NCBI GenBank assembly: GCA_965205025.1
Contig: CBDBFU010000013.1
Coordinates: forward strand, 128,001-192,000
Direction of reading: 5' to 3'
DNA length: 64,000 bases
Origin: Candidatus Poribacteria bacterium
Lineage (GTDB): Bacteria; Poribacteria; WGA-4E; WGA-3G
Shown: positions 20,433-29,290 of the stretch, piece after piece
Numbering within the stretch: position 1 is the first letter of the stretch
Layout: each line of letters begins with the position of its first letter
Notes under the pieces: model-generated
Seen by the model: the letters and a program-made list of their open reading frames with translations, nothing else
Told to the model about the DNA's origin: nothing
Databases searched by the model: none
Made by a program: the position numbers and the translations under genes

Positions 20433-21647
20433 TTACTTATTATCTTGAGTATTCTCTTTTGGATTTTCTTTCTCAAGAATAGCCATCATGGGAAATCCTG
20501 TATGTTGATCAGTTGCAAGGGTATTCCACTTTCCGTGAGAACTGACTATCACATTATTCAGTATACCTTTGTTTTCATTTAATTGTTTCACATTACCCCA
20601 GTTTGTATAAGTGACCGGTTCGCCACTATGCCATTTCCATTTTCCCTCTTCATCCATTTTACGGAGTCCAATTATATAATTTGCCCCATGCGTGATATTC
20701 CCAATCCATTTTTCTTCGATTTTATCATTGATTGACACAAGATATGCCTTCTCTTCGTTTGATTGGGTAAGAGCATCCTCTATACTGTGACAGTATATTC
20801 TTTTGTAAAGATGACCATTTATCGGATTGCGAATCCACACAGCTGGCGTACTTAGTAATCTATTGAATTCTGCGGAAACACGTTCTGGTGTATTTTCATT
20901 GAAGGGAATCAGTTTATGGTTCAATTTCAATAATAGATGTACTACTGGTTGTCCTACGTGAGGGATAAATGGATCTGATACAGCAAAATAACCGTCACGC
21001 TCAATAGCAATCCTATAAAATTGTGGTTCATCATATACTCTGAGATTCTCAGTAAAATAACCTTCTGAATCTGTATTTCGGTGTCCACGTGATCTTCCAA
21101 ATCTAGACTTGTCTATATCTCTTTGATTAACCGCAATATTGACAAATGTATTTGTGATGGGTGTGCCATCAGAATCAACAACCCTTGCTCGAATTTGCGG
21201 GATTATCTTAGTCTTTACATTAATTATTGCATTCTCTACTCTTGCTCCGGGTTCTAATGAGAATAAAATAAATTCGAAAGGTGGTCTTTCCTCTGGATAA
21301 AGCGTTAGATCCCCTAACTCAATTGATAGTATTTTTGTTTCTGTATCAGCATCTCCGATTAGAATTTTTACAGACTCAGGAGGTATGTTTGTTATGGTGA
21401 ATTTACCATCTCTATCTGTGTGATACTCAATATGTGGCATGATTCTCTGTTCTTCAATTCCCAATCGTGTAAGCTTATATGGACGAATTTCTACCTTGAC
21501 ATTAATTACGGGTTCTCCACTTTCATCCACAATAGTTCCTGAAAATGTTGCTATTTCTTGAGCATTTACCACTGATATTATGATAATAAAGAACATCAAT
21601 ATAAAGATGTATGACGTATTCTTCCAAAAGTTACATTTATATTTCAT
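20433..21647 (-). CDS. Secreted C-type lectin domain protein (gene B, copy 2, intact)
   Basis: Signal peptide, FSGTIVDESGEPV, NGHLY, LVSINDKIEE, WHSGEPVTYTNW. Confidence 0.82.
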   Translation of the reverse strand: MKYKCNFWKNTSYIFILMFFIIIISVVNAQEIATFSGTIVDESGEPVINVKVEIRPYKLTRLGIEEQRIMPHIEYHTDRDGKFTITNIPPESVKILIGDADTETKILSIELGDLTLYPEERPPFEFILFSLEPGARVENAIINVKTKIIPQIRARVVDSDGTPITNTFVNIAVNQRDIDKSRFGRSRGHRNTDSEGYFTENLRVYDEPQFYRIAIERDGYFAVSDPFIPHVGQPVVHLLLKLNHKLIPFNENTPERVSAEFNRLLSTPAVWIRNPINGHLYKRIYCHSIEDALTQSNEEKAYLVSINDKIEEKWIGNITHGANYIIGLRKMDEEGKWKWHSGEPVTYTNWGNVKQLNENKGILNNVIVSSHGKWNTLATDQHTGFPMMAILEKENPKENTQDNK

Positions 21648-21913
21648 GGTTTATCTCCCGTTTATTTTGGTAGAGGCAGTTGATAATATTATAATTCAAA
21701 GTATGGAAGCATAATCGGGAAGTGGACGAATCATAGTGAACCTACATAGTTTGTGGTATTAGAAGTTTATACATTTGATTAATCCGTATTATTAGTATAA
21801 CTGAATTATAGTAACAATGCCATATCAAAAGATAAACTATGGCATATTCGTTTTGTTAATCATACAATTGGTGACAATTTTGTGTTTAGATTAAATGTAA
21901 AATGGAATCTTTT

Positions 21914-21973
21914 GTAGGAGCGATATCCGAATCGGGAACACAAATACAGTCGGGAATCGGAGTTCCCTCCTAC
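21914..21973. repeat. Inverted doublet of GTAG-type REP palindromes
   Basis: GTAGGAGCG...GTCGGGAATCGGAGTTCCCTCCTAC; relatives at ~28657, ~35917 and 49339. Confidence 0.75.
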
Positions 21974-22110
21974 AGAAGAAATGTAATATTGTGAATTACA
22001 TTTGCAACTCTATTTTTCACATACGTGACTTTAGATGTAAGCATGTAGATTTTCTTCATATTTTTTATTTTAATTGGATATCTTTGGTTTAGGAAAGTAT
22101 TGTGGAAATT

Positions 22111-22151
22111 GTCAGAATCGCGGATTACACGGATTACGCAGATTTCACGGA
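22111..22151 (+). repeat. 9-bp tandem repeat element (CGGATTACR)n after GTCAGAATCG
   Basis: Second copy at 28693-28734. Confidence 0.7.
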
Positions 22152-22361
22152 GAAGAAGGTCGCCCAGGGTATGAATGCCATTTTAGCATTCCCCGTACCA
22201 ATGCCTAATATCACTTTTACCAAACTAAAATTTATTTTAAAACTATGGATTAAAACCGGATATATTGATATGATTCCTTGACATGTACGTCTCTATTATC
22301 ATCCTGTTGTTTGAATTCTGGATAAAATGTATTAGCTTTCAGAATCAAGGAGGAATGATTC

Positions 22362-22545
22362 ATGAAAACGATTTTGTCTATCGCAACATATTGACGGGTT
22401 TCGCGGTGATGCCTTCAATGTTGCCGTTTTTGAAGTGGCATTAGGAGATGCTGATGTAAGGAAGTTGTATACGCAAGCTTTGTCTACACTTCAACCTACA
22501 GGAAAACTTGCTGTAACTTGGGGAACACTTAAGATGCAGGATTGA
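22362..22545 (+). pseudogene. Internally deleted LamG-like gene keeping only its start and C-terminal tail
   Basis: AAGGAGG RBS and MKTILS start, then in another frame GFRGDAFNVAVFEVALGDADVRKLYTQALSTLQPTGKLAVTWGTLKMQD*. Confidence 0.7.
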
Positions 22546-22777
22546 GGTGATGACTCTATGTACACAGTAGTTACGAAGAACTATCAGCTCATGTAAGGTA
22601 AAAGATATTATTCCAGAAAAGGGAATTAGAAACCATTCTAAAATGTAAGCGTAAAAAATAATTGATTTTCTACATGTGCACATGTTATATTGTAGAGAAT
22701 GGTAAATCCTTGTTTATGGATTCGTACTGAACAACCTAAATAGTTCGATATGTATAAACTATTGTGCTCAGACAAGA

Positions 22778-23407
22778 TTGGTATTTTTAAATTTGTCAGA
22801 TTATAATAATAATGTCTTTATCAATTGTCCATTTGATGACACTTACAAACCATTATTTGATGCTATTGTGTTTGCAGTTTATGATTGTGGATTTATTAGC
22901 CGCTGTGCCCTTGAAGAACAAGATGGAACAGAGGTACGAATTGAAAAAATATATAGTATCATACGGAACTGTCGTTACGGAATACATGATATATCCAGAA
23001 TTGAAACAGACGAAAATACCAAACTTCCACGGTTTAATATGCCTTTGGAATTAGGTGTTTTTCTTGGAGCAAAGAAATTTGGGAGTGATGAACAAGAGAA
23101 GAAAAGTTGTCTAATATTGGATACTGAACCGTATAGATATCAACAGTTTATATCAGATTTATCTGGACAAGATATTCAATCGCATAAGAATAGTGGTGAA
23201 CAAATAATAAAACTTGTTAGAAATTGGCTACGTACTACATCAAGACGAAAGACTATTCCAAGCGGTAACATCATTTCGAAACGCTATCAAGAGTTTTTAA
23301 AGGACTTGCCTGAAATGGCTCAAGAGTGTAAATTAACTGTTGACGAGTTGATTTTTAATGACTATACTGAAATGGTATCTGAATGGTTAAAAAAGGAAGA
23401 AAATTAA
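22778..23407 (+). CDS. Nucleoside deoxyribosyltransferase/TIR-like fold protein
   Basis: VFINCPFD...IHDISR...NMPLELG pattern. Confidence 0.6.
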   Translation: MVFLNLSDYNNNVFINCPFDDTYKPLFDAIVFAVYDCGFISRCALEEQDGTEVRIEKIYSIIRNCRYGIHDISRIETDENTKLPRFNMPLELGVFLGAKKFGSDEQEKKSCLILDTEPYRYQQFISDLSGQDIQSHKNSGEQIIKLVRNWLRTTSRRKTIPSGNIISKRYQEFLKDLPEMAQECKLTVDELIFNDYTEMVSEWLKKEEN

Positions 23408-23437
23408 AATATTGAATGGTGTATGGAGGTAATTCAC

Positions 23438-23578
23438 ATGGCAAGACAAAGGACTGTAAAGGATCCACCAAAACGAGGAAATCTAACAAAAGCTCAAATT
23501 AAACGAGCTGTACAAGTAGTTGTTAATAAGAAGAAAAACGCAAAGAAAGCAACGACTTCGTCTCAGAATAAGAAATAA
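23438..23578 (+). CDS. Small basic protein (46 aa), not in the ORF track
   Basis: GGAGGT RBS; MARQRTVKDPPKRGNLTKAQIKRAVQVVVNKKKNAKKATTSSQNKK. Confidence 0.6.
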   Translation: MARQRTVKDPPKRGNLTKAQIKRAVQVVVNKKKNAKKATTSSQNKK

Positions 23579-23702
23579 TTTCCTCTGAATATAACCACTT
23601 GGCAATCATACAACGGTTATAGACAATTCAGTTAGAATTTAAAAGATATAGTATAAGTCATCAATTAAGACATAAGACACCAATTCGTTAGACTTGTACA
23701 TT

Positions 23703-23745
23703 AAACAAACGTCAACTGTACCAACACAGTTGACGTTTGTTTTTT
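23703..23745 (+). terminator. Intrinsic terminator (possibly bidirectional)
   Basis: 17-bp stem AAACAAACGTCAACTGT/ACAGTTGACGTTTGTTT plus a T run. Confidence 0.75.
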
Positions 23746-23882
23746 AAGTTCATAGTGTATATCCTTTACTAAAAGACTTAACTTCGCCTAAAATCAACTA
23801 AATCAAACAAATTGAAAAGACGTAGGAATAGTGCTACTATATTCATATTGATTCACTCCTTACATACCTAACCTAACAAGTA

Positions 23883-24973
23883 CAGGACTTACGCAGTTTT
23901 AAATTTTATTGAAGGATTTGAGAGTTGATGTTTTAAGTAATCACTCAATAAACCATCTTTAAACTCGTAAATCTTTTGTCCAACAGCACGTACAACACGC
24001 GTCATAAAGACCCATACTTGGAAACTACACGCAATATGATTTCTCTGGGCACGCATCTTACGACATTGGCATTTACCAATACCGGTTACTTGTTTCATCT
24101 CACGATGAAGGAGTTCAATCTTCCAACGGAGACGACACTTTTGGTGAGTCATATCCACATTTGATTGTGTCAAATCGTTTGTCACTATATATTCCGTGCG
24201 TCCGGTATCAGACACAAACCGGAATAACTTTACGACAGAACCTTTCGGAAAGTTTTTGAGATGTACGCGTTTACCGCTTTTCTTTTCTGCTTGAGACCAA
24301 GATAGATCTTTGACTGCCTTGTGAGGTTCTACACCTTTGGTATCATTCACAAGACGGTTTCGTTTCAACGGAACATAATAGATCTTAGAAAGTCTATCAA
24401 TCGCTTTCATCACTTTCATGGACGCATACCAAGAGTCCATCAAGACTGTCCGGAATGGGAGTTGTTTCTTAGAATAAGCATCGTGCAACATATCCAATAA
24501 ATGATCGATTTTGGTTTTACCGTCATGATCTCTGTCAAAAATACGGTAATCAATGACCCAATATTCCCTGTGTCTTAGGGTTGACATAGAGACAGGTGAC
24601 AATACCGATACCTTGAATCACCTTTCTGTCACTACCACTCCATTGAGAGCGTACTATTTCAATCCGTTTAGAATGTATTTTTGACAGCACAACATCATCA
24701 AAAATCAGGTATCCTTCTTCATCAAAGTCGATGTCGTCTTTGACGGATGCCCAGAGTTCACTTGTAGGAATGTTTTCGTCTCTCAGAAAGCGATTGAGTT
24801 GATCGTGGCTCCAACGGTCTGTATGTTTAGCAAAATAAGTTTGTGTAAAATTAGTAAAACTTGAAAACAAATATTGACAATAATCGGAAAATAAGTCTTG
24901 CTTCTTTTTAGAATGTGTAAATGTGTTCATAATCAATAAGAATAACACATTTTGTAATTTTGCGTAAGTCCTG
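23883..24973 (-). mobile_element. IS701-family insertion sequence
   Basis: Perfect TIR CAGGACTTACGCA at both ends; 5-bp direct repeat AAGTA on both flanks. Confidence 0.92.
23889..24930 (-). CDS. IS701 transposase; +1 frameshift at 24566-24568
   Basis: SHDQLNRFL, LIFDD, MDSWY, RWKIELLHREMKQ. Confidence 0.88.
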
Positions 24974-24979
24974 AAGTAA

Positions 24980-25092
24980 TACTATTTCTATAAATTATTG
25001 TCTCATTAGCCGGTGATTATGGTAGTCTTTTTTTAGGTCACAAACTGAAAGTTTGTGGTACAAAAAAGAGACATTTTCAATTAGAAATAGTA
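24980..25092. mobile_element. MITE family A, uninterrupted copy
   Basis: TACTATTTCT...AGAAATAGTA flanked by TAA; near-identical to the outer parts of 20206-20432. Confidence 0.85.
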
Positions 25093-25130
25093 TAATAGTA
25101 ATCCCATTGACTAAAACCACAGAGGTTAAA

Positions 25131-26789
25131 ATGTCCTACCGAAAAATACTAAAAGAACTCCGCAAAACGTTCCCTCAACCTGTATCAGATAAGATACATG
25201 ATTCATACTTTGTACATTCAATTATGTCTGCATTAAATCAGGTAGATGATCTGAAGACACATTTACCGTTTCTCGGGGATATTATTCCTGCAGACTTTAA
25301 TGTAGCGAAAAAAACAGAATTACCGGAATACATGTCCACTGTTGAGGAAGTTACAACTGAACTGGTGGGTTACCTAAGAGGTATGACGATATTTGGACAT
25401 CCTCGAACCCAACAAAATGTTATTGCTCCAACGACGATCCCCAGTCTTATCGGAGTACTTCTTGCATCTCTACACAATCCTAACATGGGATGGGATGAAT
25501 ATAGTCGACTGGTGGCATTAGCGGAAGTTGAGGTCGTAGGAATTACATCACAATTGGTTGGATATAATCCTGAACAATCAGGTGGTGTGTTTACTTTTGG
25601 CGGTACAGGAACAACCCTATACGGTGTGAAAATAGGATTGGAAAAAGCATGTCCAGAAACAATAAAGAAAGGAACACCTGAGGATGTGGTTGTATTTGTT
25701 TCTGATACAGCACATTACTGCGCGTCAAATATCACGGGATGGTTAGGAATTGGGACTGATAATCTTATTACGATACCAACCACAGTAGAAAATGAGATAG
25801 ATCTCGCTAAACTTGAGGAGAGTTTACGAGAGGTATTGAAAGATGGTAAGAAAATCGCAGCAATTATTGCCACGATGGGGACAACCGATGCATTCGGATT
25901 GGACGATTTATTGCAGATCGTTGCAATGCGGGAAACACTCGTTGATGAATTCAAACTTGATTATAAACCACATATTCACGCTGATGCTGTGATAGGATGG
26001 GCATGGTCAGTTTTCAACGATTACGATATAGAGGAAAACACCCTTAATTTTCGTCCACGCACTATTCGCGCTATAGCGGGTGCTTGTCGACGTATCCAAC
26101 ACCTACACTTAGCTGATTCAATCGGGATTGATTATCACAAAACAGGTTTTACACCTTATATTTCAAGTCTTGTTCTTGTGAAGGATCAAGCCGATTTAGA
26201 TATGTTGAAACGTTCCCCAGAACAGATGCCTTACCTATACCATTATGGTCAATACCGTCCCGGTATGTATACACTTGAAACATCCAGAGCAGGAACAGGT
26301 GCACTTGCGGCACTGGCAAATCTACGATTGTTCGGACAGGAAGGGTTACGTGCGATTCTTGGACACATCGTTGAAATGACACAACTCTTACGTGAACATT
26401 TAGGCGGTCATGCAAGCACAACAGTGCTAAACAGTGGTAATTTTGGAACTGTTACGCTCTTCCGGGCATATCCGTTGGGGATTGATACATTTGAAATTAA
26501 ACGACAAGAATTTGAAGATTCAGCATATCGGGAGAGTTTACTTTTACACAATGAATACAATAGAGAAGTGTTCCAATATGTAAATGCAGAGGCGATGGAG
26601 GGACGTGGGGTATTTATCTCTACAACGGATTGCTATCGAAAGACGACATACGGTGAACCGATTGTCGCTCTAAAGTCTTATATCCTATCTCCGTTTGTTG
26701 ATGAGGATGATGTGAAAATGGTGGTTGATAAGGTCTTAGAAGCCGGTGAGAAAGTTGGTGAAAGTGTTAAACCTGATGATAGCAAATAA
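25131..26789 (+). CDS. Group II PLP-dependent decarboxylase
   Basis: FTFGGT, ATMGTT, HIHADA, DSIGIDYHK (PLP lysine). Confidence 0.88.
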   Translation: MSYRKILKELRKTFPQPVSDKIHDSYFVHSIMSALNQVDDLKTHLPFLGDIIPADFNVAKKTELPEYMSTVEEVTTELVGYLRGMTIFGHPRTQQNVIAPTTIPSLIGVLLASLHNPNMGWDEYSRLVALAEVEVVGITSQLVGYNPEQSGGVFTFGGTGTTLYGVKIGLEKACPETIKKGTPEDVVVFVSDTAHYCASNITGWLGIGTDNLITIPTTVENEIDLAKLEESLREVLKDGKKIAAIIATMGTTDAFGLDDLLQIVAMRETLVDEFKLDYKPHIHADAVIGWAWSVFNDYDIEENTLNFRPRTIRAIAGACRRIQHLHLADSIGIDYHKTGFTPYISSLVLVKDQADLDMLKRSPEQMPYLYHYGQYRPGMYTLETSRAGTGALAALANLRLFGQEGLRAILGHIVEMTQLLREHLGGHASTTVLNSGNFGTVTLFRAYPLGIDTFEIKRQEFEDSAYRESLLLHNEYNREVFQYVNAEAMEGRGVFISTTDCYRKTTYGEPIVALKSYILSPFVDEDDVKMVVDKVLEAGEKVGESVKPDDSK

Positions 26790-26851
26790 GATTCTACTGC
26801 TCATTCTTACTCAGAAGTTTCCATACTGAATTATAGTTTGCAGGTGGAGCA

Positions 26852-27879
26852 ATGACATATCTACCAGTTGGAAAACTGAAACACGACTTTTTGAAAGAAA
26901 TCCTCCCGAAATGCGGTGTCAATACAGGTGTTATTGTTGGACCGCAGATTGGGGAAGATGCCGCAGTGATGGATTTCGGAGAGAATTATCTCGTTGCAAC
27001 TTCTGATCCAATCACATTTGCAACAGAAGATATTGGATGGTATGTTGTTTGTGTCAATAGCAATGATATTGCAGCGATGGGAGCGACCCCAAAATGGTTT
27101 CTGGTTACGCTTTTGTTACCTGAATCTGCGGACGACAGCAGCAATGGTTCAGAACATTATGGCACAAATTACTGATGCATGTACTCAGTTCAACATTGCT
27201 CTCTGTGGTGGACATACTGAGGTGACACCAACCGTAACACAACCTATTGTCATCGGACAAATGATGGGTGTTGTTCCTAAAGATGCTTTAGTCACTTCAT
27301 CGGGGGGGTTGTGTTAACGATGATTTGATCCTAACAAAAGGATTAGGTATTGAAGCAACGGCAATCATTGCGCGTGAGTGTGCTGAGCAATTAATGGGTA
27401 AATACGATTCCAAGCTATTGGATCGAGCAAGAAATTACCTAACAGATCCGGGTATCTCAGTGCTAAAAGATGCTCAGATTGCGGTTGAAGCAGGTGGTGT
27501 CCATGCGATGCATGATGTCACAGAGGGAGGGGTTGCAACGGCTGTTCACGAATTGGCAGCTGCTTCTCAGTTGGGTGCTGTCATTCACTCCCACAATCTT
27601 CTTAGCACAAATTCTATGTATAGTGAAGCAACTCGGACGTTATGTGAGATGTACGAACTCAATCCGTTGGGTGTGATCTCATCTGGTGCTTTACTCATTG
27701 CATCTGATCCAGATAAGAGTGAAATGATTCTTCAGGCACTTGGCACTACTGGTATCAGTACAGCAATTATTGGAAAATTAACACCTCTTAATGCCGGTAT
27801 ATGGTTGGCACATGCCCCGAATAAAAAAGATCCGCTTCCCATCTTTGAGACAGATGAAATCACAAAAATCTTCAGTTGA
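26852..27879 (+). CDS. AIR synthase-related protein (HypE/ThiL-like); two apparent +1 frameshifts (~27130, ~27305)
   Basis: LPVGKL, GEDAAV, SDPIT, NDIAAMGA, GGHTE, MHDVTEGG and ISSGALL spread across three frames. Confidence 0.85.
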
Positions 27880-28139
27880 TGTGTGAAAAAGTTAATGAAA
27901 GAGAGTAAAATGAAAAAGTTACACTTTTCGTTACATGGTGTGACTTTGTAAAATCGCTCTAATCCCTGTACCGGACTGGGTTTATTGTAATTTTCTTGAA
28001 ATTTAAGAATTTTGAGTTTTGTGTTATTTTCTGTTTTTTCTGATTGTCCTGCCCACTGAAGCCATCCGCTATTTTTTCTATGTCTGATTGTCTTTTTATG
28101 AAAATTTTGTATTTTCATTTCTCTTCTTCCTATTTATTC

Positions 28140-28285
28140 TAACGTGAGTTTGATAAGACACATTGTAACCTGAACTTTTAGTTAACACCAGAGTGCACAA
28201 ACTGGAAAGTTTGTGCTACAAAGACTATCTTCAGGACAAAATTCTGTTTATCGAACTGACATTTTTTTTTATCAAACTGGCGTTA
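28140..28285. mobile_element. MITE family B (TIR TAACGTGAGTTTGATAA) enclosing a REP palindrome
   Basis: Right end TTATCAAACTGGCGTTA; internal GCACAAACTGGAAAGTTTGTGCTAC; relatives at 49441-49561 and a solo end at ~42439. Confidence 0.72.
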
Positions 28286-28868
28286 AATGAAGATTAATTT
28301 TTTTAATTCGGCAATATACGGGTGGGAAAACCCCACTCTATAAGCGTCAATTTTAGTTAAGGATACACCTTTCGCCCCAGCGGGGCGAAAGGTGTATTAA
28401 TCTGACTTTGATATCAAATTTATTGCCAAAATATATAGCGTAAATGAGAAGAAGTCTGTTAAAAAACTTGCTGATTATGAGAGAAATCTTGACAGTACGT
28501 TTCACGGAAACCTTCACGGAGGTAATTTAAGAACGCAGTCGTGGCAAGGGGTTACAGATTTTAACCTATCAATTCTTCGTGAAAATAACAATTGTTAATA
28601 TGTGTGTTACGTGTCTGTGGTTTTCTGATTTCCATTCTGTCAGAACTGCCGCTTCTGTAGGATGGGATTCCGATCCCGATTCTTTCGTGTTTGTCAGAAT
28701 CGCGGATTACGCGGATTACACGGATTACGCGGATAAGAGTGATTTTTCTAAATCATTGTTTTCTGTCAGAATCTAAGCCTCGGTGAGTGACATACGAAGT
28801 TTGTGGTACAAAAAAGAGACATTTTCAATTAGAAATGGTATTACATCTTAAAACATTTATCTAACTAA

Positions 28869-28891
28869 CGTTATATATAAGTTATATAACG
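28869..28891. promoter_or_regulatory. Candidate operator palindrome
   Basis: CGTTATATA-N5-TATATAACG about 60 bp upstream of the predicted promoter. Confidence 0.4.
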
Positions 28892-28951
28892 ACTAAAAAA
28901 TCATTGAAGAATCATAAAAAATAATGGTCCAAATATAACTAAGAATATAAT

Positions 28952-28980
28952 TTGATAAAAACTAAAAATTGGCGTATTAT
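28952..28980 (+). promoter_or_regulatory. Sigma70-type promoter of the LRR cluster
   Basis: TTGATA-N17-TATTAT. Confidence 0.6.
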
Positions 28981-28986
28981 AACTGT

Positions 28987-29290
28987 ATAATTAAGGCAAC
29001 ACCTTGACGCACATATATATGGAGACCACCGGTGCTATAGGGCAAAGATATGGTTATACATATATATGTACTCAGTGGTGTCAATAAAGTCTCCAATCAC
29101 ATAGATATAAGTGATAAGACCGAATTCTACGCAAGGCGACTTTATAGGTGGACACAGACTAACAGTCTATGGGGACGACTCAGATCAGAATCGAAGGATT
29201 CCTACTGGACAAGTAGAAACTTAGTTTAACTTATGAAACATCAACCATTTTTGGCAAAGGTATTGCATTATAACGAAGGGTAAAAGACAA
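28987..29290 (+). ncRNA. Candidate structured leader RNA (family not recognised)
   Basis: No plausible + strand ORF; several hairpins and competing helices between the promoter and the ATG. Confidence 0.4.

Noticed and set aside
24550-24602. Programmed ribosomal frameshift in the IS701 transposase
   Set aside because: No slippery heptamer; one extra base in a C/G run matches the window-wide indel pattern.
25131-27879. Decarboxylase + AIR-synthase-like pair as a biosynthetic gene cluster
   Set aside because: Only adjacency supports it; no synthetase, tailoring or transport genes are nearby.
29040-29180. c-di-GMP-I riboswitch or group I intron core (GGCAAA, ACGCAAG, ACAGACTAA)
   Set aside because: Only short words match; spacing and order do not fit either consensus.
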